Positions 9,362-18,861 of a stretch of 64,000 bases of DNA are shown piece after piece. The stretch is from a virus (lineage: Duplodnaviria; Heunggongvirae; Uroviricota; Caudoviricetes), in the IMG/VR virus record IMGVR_UViG_2778261574_000002; one strand, 5' to 3'. The position numbers were made by a program, and so were the translations under genes. Positions within the stretch are counted from its first letter, which is position 1, and each line of letters opens with the position of its first letter. The notes beneath the pieces are model-generated. The model had not been told where the DNA came from and made no database searches. It saw nothing but the letters and a program-made list of their open reading frames with translations.

Positions 9362-10401
9362 CCATCATTAGCGTCAGGATACCCCGGTATGTAAGTCGCC
9401 CATTTCATTCGCCAGTCACCTTTCCTATCAAACTCCCTGGCAACAAGAACGGCTGTTTTGCTATCCGGCATTCGCTCACTACAGCTTATCCAACCATCCG
9501 GAGTTACCGGAACTTGCGGAATGGCTGTCTGCTCTCGAACGTCATTAGGCGCTATAGGTTCTGCTGCCAACTGACTGGCATATTTGTTAATGGTAACGAT
9601 AAGCTCTTGCTCGGCCTCATCCAGACAATCACCGATACCTCGCCTGTCACCGTCAAAATCATCGAAATCGGCACGAATCTTGGCAACCTCCTGGATTGCG
9701 GACAACACTTCACCAGGAATAAGCCGAGAGTTGCCCGATAGTGCATTCTGCTCCAGTGATGCTTTTACAAACCACGCTGCCTGAACTATAACGCCATGAA
9801 TCCAGCGCAAATCAGCATCGCGATCTTTCTTTTTCATCTTTTCGCCACTTAAGGCCTTGCTTATGTGGCTGCGTACCAGGTCTTCATGTAATTCCTTCGC
9901 CTCCTCAATGGTGAAACCACCAGGCAGAAGAGCCGGAGTTACCGGAGAGCTGGTTGACGCTTCCGGGATTTCCCGAAAATTATTGGTTGACGAATTCTTG
10001 CTTTCCCGAAAGTTTCCGGACTGAAGCATGGCGGTGCGGCAGGCGTTCCATATTTCGGCAGCAATATCGCGCTCGCTATCGGTTAATTTGTACGTGGAAA
10101 CATAGCCAGAGAGCATTTCTACGTTTTCCGGAGTTGCTTCTTCCGGCACTACCGGCGCTGGCGGGGCGATGCGTCCAAGCAACTTATTTACCTCTTTCGC
10201 CATCGCGTCATATTTATCTAAATGGCGATTAGCTTCTAAGCAGACTCGGCGCATCTGATCTGAGTTAACTCGTTTAACTGGATCTGCTTCCAGCGATGCC
10301 AGCGCAATCCGTGCCAGTTCCATTTGTTCACCACGGGTAAGCCCGTTTTCAAGCGGATTTTTAATGAACAATTCAATACGTTCTTTGGTAATAGTGGTCA
10401 T
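9286..10401 (-). CDS. hypothetical protein with DUF551-like C-terminus
   Basis: 371 aa; C-terminal ..WKPSHWMPLPEPP; shares an internal module (APPxPVVPEE..WNACRxAMLQ) with the 11114-11509 product. Confidence 0.55.
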   Translation of the reverse strand: MTTITKERIELFIKNPLENGLTRGEQMELARIALASLEADPVKRVNSDQMRRVCLEANRHLDKYDAMAKEVNKLLGRIAPPAPVVPEEATPENVEMLSGYVSTYKLTDSERDIAAEIWNACRTAMLQSGNFRESKNSSTNNFREIPEASTSSPVTPALLPGGFTIEEAKELHEDLVRSHISKALSGEKMKKKDRDADLRWIHGVIVQAAWFVKASLEQNALSGNSRLIPGEVLSAIQEVAKIRADFDDFDGDRRGIGDCLDEAEQELIVTINKYASQLAAEPIAPNDVREQTAIPQVPVTPDGWISCSERMPDSKTAVLVAREFDRKGDWRMKWATYIPGYPDANDGWIIPGASWKPSHWMPLPEPPQEAK

Positions 10402-10411
10402 GTGTTACTCC

Positions 10412-10675
10412 TTAACCCGCAGTGCTTTCAACTGATGAGGGGAACAAAATCTTTTCATCAAACCCTGCATTCATATCATGAACAGCAACACACCAATCCA
10501 TCGACGAACGATTATCAAGAGCCTCCATGATTTCATCCATGCGGCGTAGGTCATACAGGTAAATGCTTTTATCGCCAATGGTGTAAAAGCCAATTTTTTT
10601 CGGTGATGGACAGCGATCAAGAACTTCCTGTAATTCGTTCAACCATGCCCGTTCTTTTTTTGTCAAAGTTGCCAT
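10412..10675 (-). CDS. hypothetical protein
   Basis: 87 aa from MATLTKKERAWLNELQ with AAGGAAAA ribosome-binding site; starts 1 nt after the upstream stop. Confidence 0.45.
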   Translation of the reverse strand: MATLTKKERAWLNELQEVLDRCPSPKKIGFYTIGDKSIYLYDLRRMDEIMEALDNRSSMDWCVAVHDMNAGFDEKILFPSSVESTAG

Positions 10676-10676
10676 A

Positions 10677-10895
10677 TCAGTTTTCCTTATACGGATTAAT
10701 TTTATTGTGCAGTGTGTTGAACGACGCCCATACCACGTCGTTATACAATTCAATAACTGGTTCAATTATTTTCCCGATTGCCCAGACAAAAATTAGCGGG
10801 GATATCGGTATCATCAACACGATAAACAGAATGAGAAACAAAAGTTCTGTCGCTCTACTTTTTCGCGGATATTCTTTTCTGAATAATGTAGGCAC
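10677..10895 (-). CDS. small membrane protein (GTG start)
   Basis: 72 aa; hydrophobic LLFLILFIVLMIPISPLIFVWAIG; preceded by AAAGGAGAGTGAT. Confidence 0.4.
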   Translation of the reverse strand: MPTLFRKEYPRKSRATELLFLILFIVLMIPISPLIFVWAIGKIIEPVIELYNDVVWASFNTLHNKINPYKEN

Positions 10896-10896
10896 A

Positions 10897-11112
10897 TCAC
10901 TCTCCTTTGTTGCTTCTCAAAATTTTATGCCCTGGCGCAAAAGCACGCGTTTTGTCGACGCTTATTCGCCACCCATCTTTACGTGCCTCTTTTGCACAGC
11001 CAGCCCATGACGTACCGATATACTCACCGAAGTCTGGCACTGGATATACACCTTCCGTACACTGGCGGCAGTCACAATAGAGATGCATGGTGTAACTTGC
11101 GGCAATAGCCAT
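10897..11112 (-). CDS. Cys-rich hypothetical protein
   Basis: 71 aa from MAIAASYTMHLYCDCRQCTEG; preceded by the recurring AAAGGAGAGTGAT junction. Confidence 0.45.
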   Translation of the reverse strand: MAIAASYTMHLYCDCRQCTEGVYPVPDFGEYIGTSWAGCAKEARKDGWRISVDKTRAFAPGHKILRSNKGE

Positions 11113-11113
11113 A

Positions 11114-11509
11114 TCACTCTCCTTTACCCTGAAGCATGGCGGCGCGGCAGGCATTCCAGCCTCTCACCTCTGCAATAGCGGCAACAGCATCGACCGCGTA
11201 CATTTTAAGAGGGTTAGGCATTGGTTTTTCTTCAGGTACTACTGGCACTGGAGGGGCGGCATAAACAGGAATAACGTCCGCTTGCTCTTTATTACTTTCA
11301 TCCGTTAAAGCCCAGAATAATTTCCCGGCCGGATGTTTGAAAATATAAGCAACTGGTTCTGCGCTATCAGCTTCGCGCCGCTTCTGTAGCTCTGCTGCCA
11401 TTGCTCTCACGACTTCAACTGGTGCCCTTGCAGCAAACTCTATGTTGGTGATCAGCTCATTAAGATATTGCTCGCTGGGATACTGTTTCTTATTGGTAAT
11501 AGTGATCAT
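11114..11509 (-). CDS. hypothetical protein
   Basis: 131 aa; ATG overlaps the upstream stop (ATGA); shares a module with the 9286-10401 product. Confidence 0.5.
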   Translation of the reverse strand: MITITNKKQYPSEQYLNELITNIEFAARAPVEVVRAMAAELQKRREADSAEPVAYIFKHPAGKLFWALTDESNKEQADVIPVYAAPPVPVVPEEKPMPNPLKMYAVDAVAAIAEVRGWNACRAAMLQGKGE

Positions 11510-12021
11510 GCCGCGTTTCCTTCTTTCTTATTAACAATTACACCGTCATATATTTCATTAAGGTGCCCTCTCAACTCCATGCGCCTTAATGCAGATAACA
11601 TGTAATCGCATTCAACCTGCTTATTCCCGGTAAATGGCTTATCGTCAGGATTACCCCAACAGCAATTACCCGTGGGCCATCCATGTACTTTCCGTACTCT
11701 TCCGTTAACAACGTGAAGTAATCCCCAGCCGGGAGGTAAATCCTCAATTGAAATAATTCCCGGCTCACTAATAAAGAATCGCCAGTCGCCCATGCCAAGT
11801 GAGGGATTTTTACGGAAACGCTTTTTTCTATCTGCCAACAAGTCAGCACGAGAACACTTCGCCTCTATCAGGCATGATGCTGAATTTCTGAATCCCATAG
11901 CATCTGGCTGTTCTCCGGTACTGGTTACAGCAACAAAGCGGTCATGAAAGCAAACCTTGAACCCGTTGCGCTTAAGGAACTTGTACGCAATCTGACAGAG
12001 TTCGTGGTGTGTTAACGCCAT
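11506..12021 (-). CDS. PD-(D/E)xK nuclease-like protein
   Basis: 171 aa from MALTHHELCQIAYKF; D..EAK motif (..DAMGF..CLIEAKCS..); preceded by AAAGGAGAGTGAT. Confidence 0.5.
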   Translation of the reverse strand: MALTHHELCQIAYKFLKRNGFKVCFHDRFVAVTSTGEQPDAMGFRNSASCLIEAKCSRADLLADRKKRFRKNPSLGMGDWRFFISEPGIISIEDLPPGWGLLHVVNGRVRKVHGWPTGNCCWGNPDDKPFTGNKQVECDYMLSALRRMELRGHLNEIYDGVIVNKKEGNAA

Positions 12022-12022
12022 A

Positions 12023-12583
12023 TCACTCTCCTTTGATGCGAATGCCAGCGGCGCGGGAATCATTCCATCGCTTTACTTCTTCACGAATTACGTCAATGCA
12101 TTCTTTCGAATCCATTAGGTAATCTTCATCAAAAAGACGTTCCTGTTCGTTTTCTATCGCAACAATGATTGCTTCAACTAACTTTTGTTCCTGAGAATCA
12201 CTTTCTAACTCTGCTATGCGCTTACTCCCATCCGAGATAACACCTTCGTAATATTCACGCTGTTCGTTGAGTTTTGATTTTGTCTCCTCAAGCTCAACGC
12301 GCAGCTTCCCTACCGTTAGCGCAATATCCTCGTTCTCCTGGTCGCGGCGTTTTATGTATTGCTGGTTTCTTTCCCGTTCATCCAGAAGCGCCAAGACGGT
12401 AGCCGGATTGGCTGCGGCGATGAATTCAGCATCACGAGATTCGTTTTCACTGAACACCATAGCTATTTGCTCATGGTTTATGCCGTCAGTGGAGTAAATC
12501 TCATCGTCGAATTCAACAGCCCACTTACCTTTCGTAGCCTTCTCTGCCGCCTCACGCAGTGCCTGATAGTCAATCTTGCTCAC
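12023..12583 (-). CDS. Ea22-like protein (paralog 1)
   Basis: GTG start after AAAGGAGG, overlapping the upstream TGA; N-terminal ..SKIDYQALREAAEKATKG and AEFIAAANPATVLALL motifs. Confidence 0.5.
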   Translation of the reverse strand: MSKIDYQALREAAEKATKGKWAVEFDDEIYSTDGINHEQIAMVFSENESRDAEFIAAANPATVLALLDERERNQQYIKRRDQENEDIALTVGKLRVELEETKSKLNEQREYYEGVISDGSKRIAELESDSQEQKLVEAIIVAIENEQERLFDEDYLMDSKECIDVIREEVKRWNDSRAAGIRIKGE

Positions 12584-13281
12584 TGGTTGCCTCCTTTGCG
12601 AATCTGTTCCGCCCATTCTTCAAGGGATTTCTCCGCATATTCACCGGACAGGCCATCAATCGGGTACGGTTCATTAGCCAACTCTTCTTTCGCTGACAGA
12701 ATCATGCGCGTAACGTCGAAAACTTCACGCAAAGACTTATTGATAAATCCGTGATTGAACGCAGCAGCAAGACGGCTGGCGGTATAGTTAATCCCCTCGT
12801 TGCGTGCTTCCGCACGAATTTCAGCCAGAAAAGCATCGGTAGCTGGAGTTTCGCTGTGGTGTAGGGCATCGTTGATAATCATTGCAGCAACTCCGGCCTG
12901 CCCTGCATCCGTGACCGACACATGATCAAGAGTTACAGCCATTGCGTGTTTCAGCCCAGCGTTCTCTGCCACCAGAGCCGCGAGCTTAGTCTCAAGCGGT
13001 GCTATTCGGCACATAGCATCAATATTTGTGTCCTCCAGGCGCTTAATTTCACCAAGTAGCTCCAGTGCAACCTTTGGGTTGAATGCGGCAATATAACGAG
13101 CGTTGTTCTCTGCGTTTTTCAGTCCATCAAAGCCGGTCCATTTGATAACGTCTTCACATCGTTTATCACCGGGCGTATGCACCGCATACGTACCAGTACC
13201 CGGCGAAATAAATGCGACCCATTCGCCCTGTGTTGCCTGTTTTGCTATCTCACGCAGTGCCCGGTAATTAATTTCGCTCAC
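12580..13281 (-). CDS. Ea22-like protein (paralog 2)
   Basis: GTG start after AAAGGAGG, overlapping the upstream TGA; ..SEINYRALREIAKQATQG and ARYIAAFNPKVALELL motifs. Confidence 0.5.
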   Translation of the reverse strand: MSEINYRALREIAKQATQGEWVAFISPGTGTYAVHTPGDKRCEDVIKWTGFDGLKNAENNARYIAAFNPKVALELLGEIKRLEDTNIDAMCRIAPLETKLAALVAENAGLKHAMAVTLDHVSVTDAGQAGVAAMIINDALHHSETPATDAFLAEIRAEARNEGINYTASRLAAAFNHGFINKSLREVFDVTRMILSAKEELANEPYPIDGLSGEYAEKSLEEWAEQIRKGGNQ

Positions 13282-13517
13282 TGGCTGCCTCCTTTGCGGA
13301 GTTGCGCTTCGATGCACGAAAAAAAAGACTCCCGAGTATGACTGTTAAGAGCTGGTGCGAACGCCGCGTTAAGAACGGCAGCATCACAGCCGTCATCAAT
13401 ATAGAGCGCAATTTTTTTCTCCAGGCGCGCTTTGGCTTGCTGCAACTGCATACCCCGGCACGCACGCGGGATATAATCAGCAATTTGAGCGATAGCTTTT
13501 TCGTTCTGTTTAAACAT
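13278..13517 (-). CDS. hypothetical protein
   Basis: 79 aa; C-terminus ..QLRKGGSQ encodes the next gene's ribosome-binding site. Confidence 0.45.
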   Translation of the reverse strand: MFKQNEKAIAQIADYIPRACRGMQLQQAKARLEKKIALYIDDGCDAAVLNAAFAPALNSHTRESFFSCIEAQLRKGGSQ

Positions 13518-13713
13518 GCTTCACCTCGATAGGCTTGATGGTGTCTAACAGCAGTCGACGGCGCGTATTTTCTGCAAAGTGGCGGCGTCCGGTATCTTTG
13601 TGGTAAAACTCATTTTTGCCGACGACCCACATCCGCTCTGTTTGGTGCAGTTTTTTTACCTGCGGCCCGTCTTTGGTGATCACGGTGCCGGTATGGGTTT
13701 TTACGATTGTCAT
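13510..13713 (-). CDS. hypothetical protein
   Basis: 67-aa ORF on the operon strand. Confidence 0.4.
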   Translation of the reverse strand: MTIVKTHTGTVITKDGPQVKKLHQTERMWVVGKNEFYHKDTGRRHFAENTRRRLLLDTIKPIEVKHV

Positions 13714-13796
13714 GCCACTACCTCTTCGAACAGATGAACGAGACAGGCCGATGTTCGTCCACCTGAAAAACTGACGATTTGATGCATACTCACGGT

Positions 13797-14525
13797 TTAT
13801 TCCTGAATGCGCTTAAACTCGATTACCCACACCCAGGGATTAGCGTTCCAGCTTTCTTCACCATAGATGGATTCCCACAGGCGCTGGAACGCAACCTTGG
13901 CCATTGCGAAATCCCCCTTGGGAGTAAGGAATGTTCCCGGGTGATCAGGAAGCAAACTTCCAGCAGGCGGAACGCCCTCAGCCCTTGCATCGCATTCGCT
14001 GATATCGTTCAACCGTTCAACGCGCACGTTGGTAATTTCCAACAGAATGCGTGATGCCCATCGCGGCATGTGAATTGATGGACGCCACCCACCATCAAAC
14101 TTTTCATTCACAGTGTGAGGTTTCCAGTCGGCATCATCGGGTATCGACCATAAGCCGTAATCACCAGGTTTTTGCTCGCAACTGGCCCGATAAATCCTTG
14201 CTGCGTTCTTCTCATCGCCACGACAAAGGTTGTCGTTCCAGTCCACACTGCAACCATCCTCATTGCCTAATATCGCCCATGTTTCACGAACCCAAATTCG
14301 ATCGCCGACGATACCAAATGGGCAATTGAAAACACTGCTTACACCATCAGCCCCGTACCACTGAAAACCTGCACCAATTTTTCTAACCATCACTGGTGCT
14401 TCTGGACCAACTTCCGCAGGCTGATTTTTCATTATCCGCCGCGTCTGCGTTTTCCTTCCTTCGAGGATGGCCCGGACCATCTCATCGTTAAAAATCATGC
14501 CGCGCTCTTTCACTTCGCCTTTCAT
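13797..14525 (-). CDS. ASCH-domain-like protein
   Basis: 242 aa; N-terminal MIFNDEMVRAILEGRKTQTRR resembles the ASCH fold signature. Confidence 0.5.
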   Translation of the reverse strand: MKGEVKERGMIFNDEMVRAILEGRKTQTRRIMKNQPAEVGPEAPVMVRKIGAGFQWYGADGVSSVFNCPFGIVGDRIWVRETWAILGNEDGCSVDWNDNLCRGDEKNAARIYRASCEQKPGDYGLWSIPDDADWKPHTVNEKFDGGWRPSIHMPRWASRILLEITNVRVERLNDISECDARAEGVPPAGSLLPDHPGTFLTPKGDFAMAKVAFQRLWESIYGEESWNANPWVWVIEFKRIQE

Positions 14526-14649
14526 GCATCCCCCTTACCCATGTGCGACGATGCCGCCAAAAGTGATAGAGAACAGCCAGAAATAGATCGCGGCCATAAT
14601 GATTTTGAATGCCGTGTTCATATTTTCAGCTCCTGTGATTGATTGGATA

Positions 14650-14680
14650 CATGCCGCGCCTTGCGGCATGTTTTTATTTT
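14650..14680 (+). terminator. hairpin plus T-tract (plus-strand orientation)
   Basis: CATGCCGC-GCCTT-GCGGCATG followed by TTTTTATTTT. Confidence 0.45.
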
Positions 14681-14703
14681 CACTTTCTCTGTTTTAAAAA
14701 TCA

Positions 14704-14720
14704 AGATTTATTAGAGCAAT
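14704..14720 (-). promoter_or_regulatory. C1 operator-like 17-mer (16/17)
   Basis: AGATTTATTAGAGCAAT on the + strand. Confidence 0.55.
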
Positions 14721-15226
14721 TATTGTTGGTGGAGAAGCGCGTTTTCATACTCCCTGACCATTAACGTAAGTACGCCGTGACTCCTGAAAACACGCGCCAC
14801 TTCAATCTTATCTTCCAGCGCGAACGCAATTTTACTTAGACCAATTTTCTTCAGGAGATCAATCTTTGCTGGACCGTCATTTCTGTCATCGGTGGCAGGA
14901 CGCATAGATAGCAAAGGCTCAGCCCCATTTGTTACGTGCTTACGCAACCAGGCTCGTGTTTTATCCCTGGCTATCTCACAGCGCCCGGTTACAAACCAGA
15001 GGGTGTAAATGCCGGACAACTGGCGCACCATATCAATAACTGGAGTGATGGGAGCATCAGTGTCACAGGCAAGGTTAAACTCGTTCCAGTGCTCTGTTAA
15101 TGCACCTTTGCCAGGTGGTGGAAGTAAATGCAGCCTGTCTTCCGTTGCCTCTGATATCGTCCCATCAATATCTACTATGACGATGTACGGACGTTCCTGG
15201 TGTGCGTGTTTATTGAAAATACTCAA
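14720..15226 (-). CDS. HAD-superfamily phosphatase-like protein
   Basis: 168 aa; DxDGT motif (IVIVDIDGTIS) near the N-terminus. Confidence 0.55.
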   Translation of the reverse strand: MSIFNKHAHQERPYIVIVDIDGTISEATEDRLHLLPPPGKGALTEHWNEFNLACDTDAPITPVIDMVRQLSGIYTLWFVTGRCEIARDKTRAWLRKHVTNGAEPLLSMRPATDDRNDGPAKIDLLKKIGLSKIAFALEDKIEVARVFRSHGVLTLMVREYENALLHQQ

Positions 15227-15298
15227 ATGCCCTCCTCATTGGACGAAAAAAATGCTGGTGGGCGCACTCCACCAGCATTAAATGTGACACTGTAACTA

Positions 15299-16561
15299 TC
15301 AGCGAACGTAAATAGTGCCGCCGTTCTCTTTTTCCCATGCATCGCTACGTGCATAGCAAACATCGAGAAGTCTTCTTGCCGCAGTTTCCTCTAAACCCAA
15401 TTCAACAACCAACTGCTCATGACGGCGGGTAACTACATCAAATAGGCTATGCAGCCCTTTATTGGCCAGTTCATCAATGAATTCCGGTTCGAACGGCAGC
15501 TCTACCTCTGCCAACATAACCTCTTGCGCCCACTCAACTCGACGGACCAGTTCCGGGCGGCGGCTTTCCATCTCTTTACAGATCAATTCATGGAAGAACT
15601 CTACCCAACCTTCCGGCTGGAACTCGCGGAAAATGGCCAACGGCTGGAAGTTTGGCATCAACCATTCGTTGATCCGGATATCAATGGCATAGCCCATGTC
15701 GCAGCAGAACTGATAAGCAAAGTCCAGCTTAGAAACGATATAAGGACGCTCGTTATTGAACTCTTTAGGCGATGAGATCCCATAAGCCAGGAGGCGCGGG
15801 AAGAAGGAGATTTGCCCTAACGTCGGATGAAGTTTGCTTGCAGGGAAACGGCGCTCAGTAATGCCATACATTTCCTTCTTGAGCGTCGCAAATTTGGCAT
15901 TCTCATTAACCAGCGCGGTAACCTCTGCTTTTTTATTAGCAAATGCCACGCGCGCTTCGCTTGCATCTTTAATAGTTTTTTTGAGCTGTTGGTTAAGGTC
16001 GGCGACCTGCTTACGCAGTTCCTGTCGCTCGCTTTTAGCTTTGTTATAGCGTTTCTCAAGGTTAAAAGGATCAAGTTTCATGATCTCTTTATATTGAGAT
16101 TTTAGCGTTGAAATCTGTGAGTTCCGCAGTTCAACCATCGCGGTCATTTCATTGAGTTTTGTTTCCAGCTCAATGCTTATACGTTCGGCATTATCAGCAC
16201 GCTGGTTGGCGTCATGCGTCGCATCGTCGATCGCGTCCTGTTGCTGGCGTTTCAAATGTTCAATTTGCAGCTGAAGCTCTTCAATTTCTTTACCCTTCAG
16301 ACCGAGATCCAACTGCATATTTTCAGCTGCATCTACCAGGGAGTTATGGCTATCAGCTTCTGCGTTATAAACATCAATAAGCTGTGCGTGAAGCATCTCC
16401 GCTGACTGAACCGCATTATCAAAAAAACGTGCTGTGAGGTCATCACAACTAACGCGGCGTTGCGCGGCCCGGATGTTCTGGATAATGGCCGGGATACCGG
16501 CATTCAGGACATCAGGGATAGATACATTTTCGATTGATTGGTTTTGTGCTGAAGTGCTCAT
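15299..16561 (-). CDS. hypothetical protein with N-terminal coiled coil
   Basis: 420 aa; heptad-rich, Q/E/K-rich N-terminal half. Confidence 0.5.
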   Translation of the reverse strand: MSTSAQNQSIENVSIPDVLNAGIPAIIQNIRAAQRRVSCDDLTARFFDNAVQSAEMLHAQLIDVYNAEADSHNSLVDAAENMQLDLGLKGKEIEELQLQIEHLKRQQQDAIDDATHDANQRADNAERISIELETKLNEMTAMVELRNSQISTLKSQYKEIMKLDPFNLEKRYNKAKSERQELRKQVADLNQQLKKTIKDASEARVAFANKKAEVTALVNENAKFATLKKEMYGITERRFPASKLHPTLGQISFFPRLLAYGISSPKEFNNERPYIVSKLDFAYQFCCDMGYAIDIRINEWLMPNFQPLAIFREFQPEGWVEFFHELICKEMESRRPELVRRVEWAQEVMLAEVELPFEPEFIDELANKGLHSLFDVVTRRHEQLVVELGLEETAARRLLDVCYARSDAWEKENGGTIYVR

Positions 16562-16562
16562 T

Positions 16563-16781
16563 TCAAAGTTCCGTATTAGCTTGTGCTTCGGTCATTTTTC
16601 CTAAGTATGAAGGAGGAAGGACTACGCAATTTGTATCCAGTCCCTCACCTATGGCAGCCTGTAAAATTCTGGCTAAGGTGAGTCTCTTGTTGCGATACTT
16701 GGTGATGACATGCCTGATACCGCCGGTCGGCGTAACAAAGGCGATCAGCCAGTAGTGATATTTCCGTCGGAATGGCCACAT
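16563..16781 (-). CDS. small hypothetical protein
   Basis: 72-aa ORF between the operator pair and the 420-aa gene. Confidence 0.3.
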   Translation of the reverse strand: MWPFRRKYHYWLIAFVTPTGGIRHVITKYRNKRLTLARILQAAIGEGLDTNCVVLPPSYLGKMTEAQANTEL

Positions 16782-16795
16782 AGTGCACCTTGTAG

Positions 16796-16861
16796 ATTGC
16801 TCTAATAAAAAACGTGATGAGTGTACATCACGTTTTAAAAATATGGAATTATTAGAGCAAT
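16796..16861. promoter_or_regulatory. inverted pair of C1 operator-like 17-mers flanking a palindrome
   Basis: ATTGCTCTAATAAAAAA (16796-16812) and GGAATTATTAGAGCAAT (16845-16861), with AACGTGATGAGTGTACATCACGTT between them. Confidence 0.5.
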
Positions 16862-16868
16862 ATTATTC

Positions 16869-17564
16869 TTATTCTCGCTCAAAAAACGAGCTAATAAGGG
16901 GAAGCCAATCCTCTGACACTTCGCGAGGTCGCGGTTTGCCGTGGAAAAAGATTATTCGGCAGTCCTTTGGTAATGCCCCATTCCCCCTGGAGTAACGCGC
17001 GCTCGCATATTTTGAACCAGGTTCCACAACATCGGCCTTGTAACTTACAAACCATCCTGGATACAGATCCTGAAATGCTGGTGTATCATCGCCCATAACC
17101 TTCCGTAAGAACCCCTGATCACCCCAGCACTCAGTAGTGACACAACGAGAAATCCAACCTTCCGGATCTTGCCAGAATGAACTCCAGATATGCGCTTTTA
17201 CACTATTTGGTATCCACAGGGCACCGCTACCACGATATTGTGGATGGTAAAAATCCCTAAGCATGGTGAAGCTGGTTGGTGGATTCTCAAGGATTGGGCG
17301 TATATCACCGGCAATAACTGTGTCCAAATCCAGATAGAACAGATCATCTGTTATATCCGGTCGGAACAACTCGATTTTCGCCCACCAGCCACGGCACTTT
17401 TGCCACTGGTTGATCAATGGGACAACTTTGACGCCAGGTACATGTAAACGCTTCAGGTCTGTCAGGCAAATAATTTCATAGCCTTTTGGCAGTTGATTAA
17501 CCAGCCACTGCACATCGGAAGCGTTATAGTCACCACCAGAGCGAAAAACTAAAGCAATCTTCAT
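16869..17564 (-). CDS. hypothetical enzyme with DxD-like motif
   Basis: 231 aa; [11 protein letters not shown] suggests a nucleotide-sugar transferase-type fold; stop overlaps the next start. Confidence 0.45.
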   Translation of the reverse strand: MKIALVFRSGGDYNASDVQWLVNQLPKGYEIICLTDLKRLHVPGVKVVPLINQWQKCRGWWAKIELFRPDITDDLFYLDLDTVIAGDIRPILENPPTSFTMLRDFYHPQYRGSGALWIPNSVKAHIWSSFWQDPEGWISRCVTTECWGDQGFLRKVMGDDTPAFQDLYPGWFVSYKADVVEPGSKYASARYSRGNGALPKDCRIIFFHGKPRPREVSEDWLPLISSFFERE

Positions 17565-18253
17565 GCTGCACCATCACCTTTCACTTTCATCAATGTCAGG
17601 TTTCCGCAAAATACGGCACCAGTGTCGATATACTGCTGATTCCAGAATGTCTTCGGGCTTTTCACCGGAGTGTGACCAAAGATAAAACGATCTGCGCCCG
17701 AAATTTCGCCACCAATATCATCCATCGAATCACTGATACGCTCGCGCGCCCAGACAACGTTGAAAAGCGGCACCTCCTTACCGAATTGGTATTCATTATC
17801 CGGATAGTCGGCATGGGCTATAACGATAGTTTCTTGCCCGGTGTTCAACTCAATGATATAGGGCAGACGCTTTACCAGCTCCACCAGCGCCCAGGCTAAT
17901 ATTTCCTGATCAGTGTCCAGCATGAAGAACCATTGTCCGCCATTCATTAGCCAGTTATTCACGTTGCCATCTGGACTTAACGCATCAATCATCAGCCGCT
18001 CATGGTTCCCCATCACTGCCCTGAACCAGGGCATCTGCAATAGTTCCAGACATTCGACATTTTCAGTACCGCGATCGATAAGGTCGCCGACCGATATCAG
18101 TAAATCCTGCGCCGGGTCAAAATCCACACGATGGAGTTCGGACATCAGTCTGGTGTAGCAACCATGCAGATCACCAACAACCCAGACATTCCTGTATTTG
18201 GTACCGTCGATACGGTGATAAATTGTGGGTGCCATCATGTATTCTTCAGCCAT
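17561..18253 (-). CDS. ppp: Ser/Thr protein phosphatase (calcineurin-like metallophosphoesterase)
   Basis: 230 aa; GDLHG, GDLIDRG and GNHE motifs. Confidence 0.75.
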   Translation of the reverse strand: MAEEYMMAPTIYHRIDGTKYRNVWVVGDLHGCYTRLMSELHRVDFDPAQDLLISVGDLIDRGTENVECLELLQMPWFRAVMGNHERLMIDALSPDGNVNNWLMNGGQWFFMLDTDQEILAWALVELVKRLPYIIELNTGQETIVIAHADYPDNEYQFGKEVPLFNVVWARERISDSMDDIGGEISGADRFIFGHTPVKSPKTFWNQQYIDTGAVFCGNLTLMKVKGDGAA

Positions 18254-18861
18254 TCTTTAAGAGTCATCTGCGGAATACCTCCCATTTTCCCGCATGAAAC
18301 AACGTCAATCTGTTCACGCGCAGACTGGAATAACAAAGGCAGGTGACTTAGATTTTTTGGCGTGCCGCCGGAGTGAACGCGTGGTTCTTGTGTAGCGTCA
18401 ACGCCCACCAGGGCGACATGTTTGAATCCGATATGGAAAGCCAGGTTCAGAGCGCCATATGCACTATTGCCGCTGGCAATTTCATTCTCATCTTCGCAAA
18501 GTCCGAAATGTGCGGACCAGCGCCACGCCCACCACTCGGGAGAATTCGTATTTTTTGGCTCCATGCCACGTTCAGCCACACGACGGAAGCACAGAACGCC
18601 GTCTCTGACTTCACGTTCTTTAACATCGGGTAGTGCCATGCAATAACAAACACCACGGCGACGGCGGCCACGACCAACGCGCCGCATATTGTCTGGCGAT
18701 GGATCAAGTGTGAAAAAATAAGAAGCGCGGTTCAGCCAGTCGATGGCCCCATTGACCGCTATAATCGGCACTCCGCGCGGCGCAACAAAGTTTGCGGCGC
18801 TTGGGCCACTGCCGACGATAATAACGCGATCACTGCCTCTAAATTTATTCTTGGGAAACAT
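18235..18861 (-). CDS. Rossmann-like protein with GSGPS motif (paralog A)
   Basis: 208 aa; [20 protein letters not shown]. Confidence 0.5.
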   Translation of the reverse strand: MFPKNKFRGSDRVIIVGSGPSAANFVAPRGVPIIAVNGAIDWLNRASYFFTLDPSPDNMRRVGRGRRRRGVCYCMALPDVKEREVRDGVLCFRRVAERGMEPKNTNSPEWWAWRWSAHFGLCEDENEIASGNSAYGALNLAFHIGFKHVALVGVDATQEPRVHSGGTPKNLSHLPLLFQSAREQIDVVSCGKMGGIPQMTLKEWLKNT

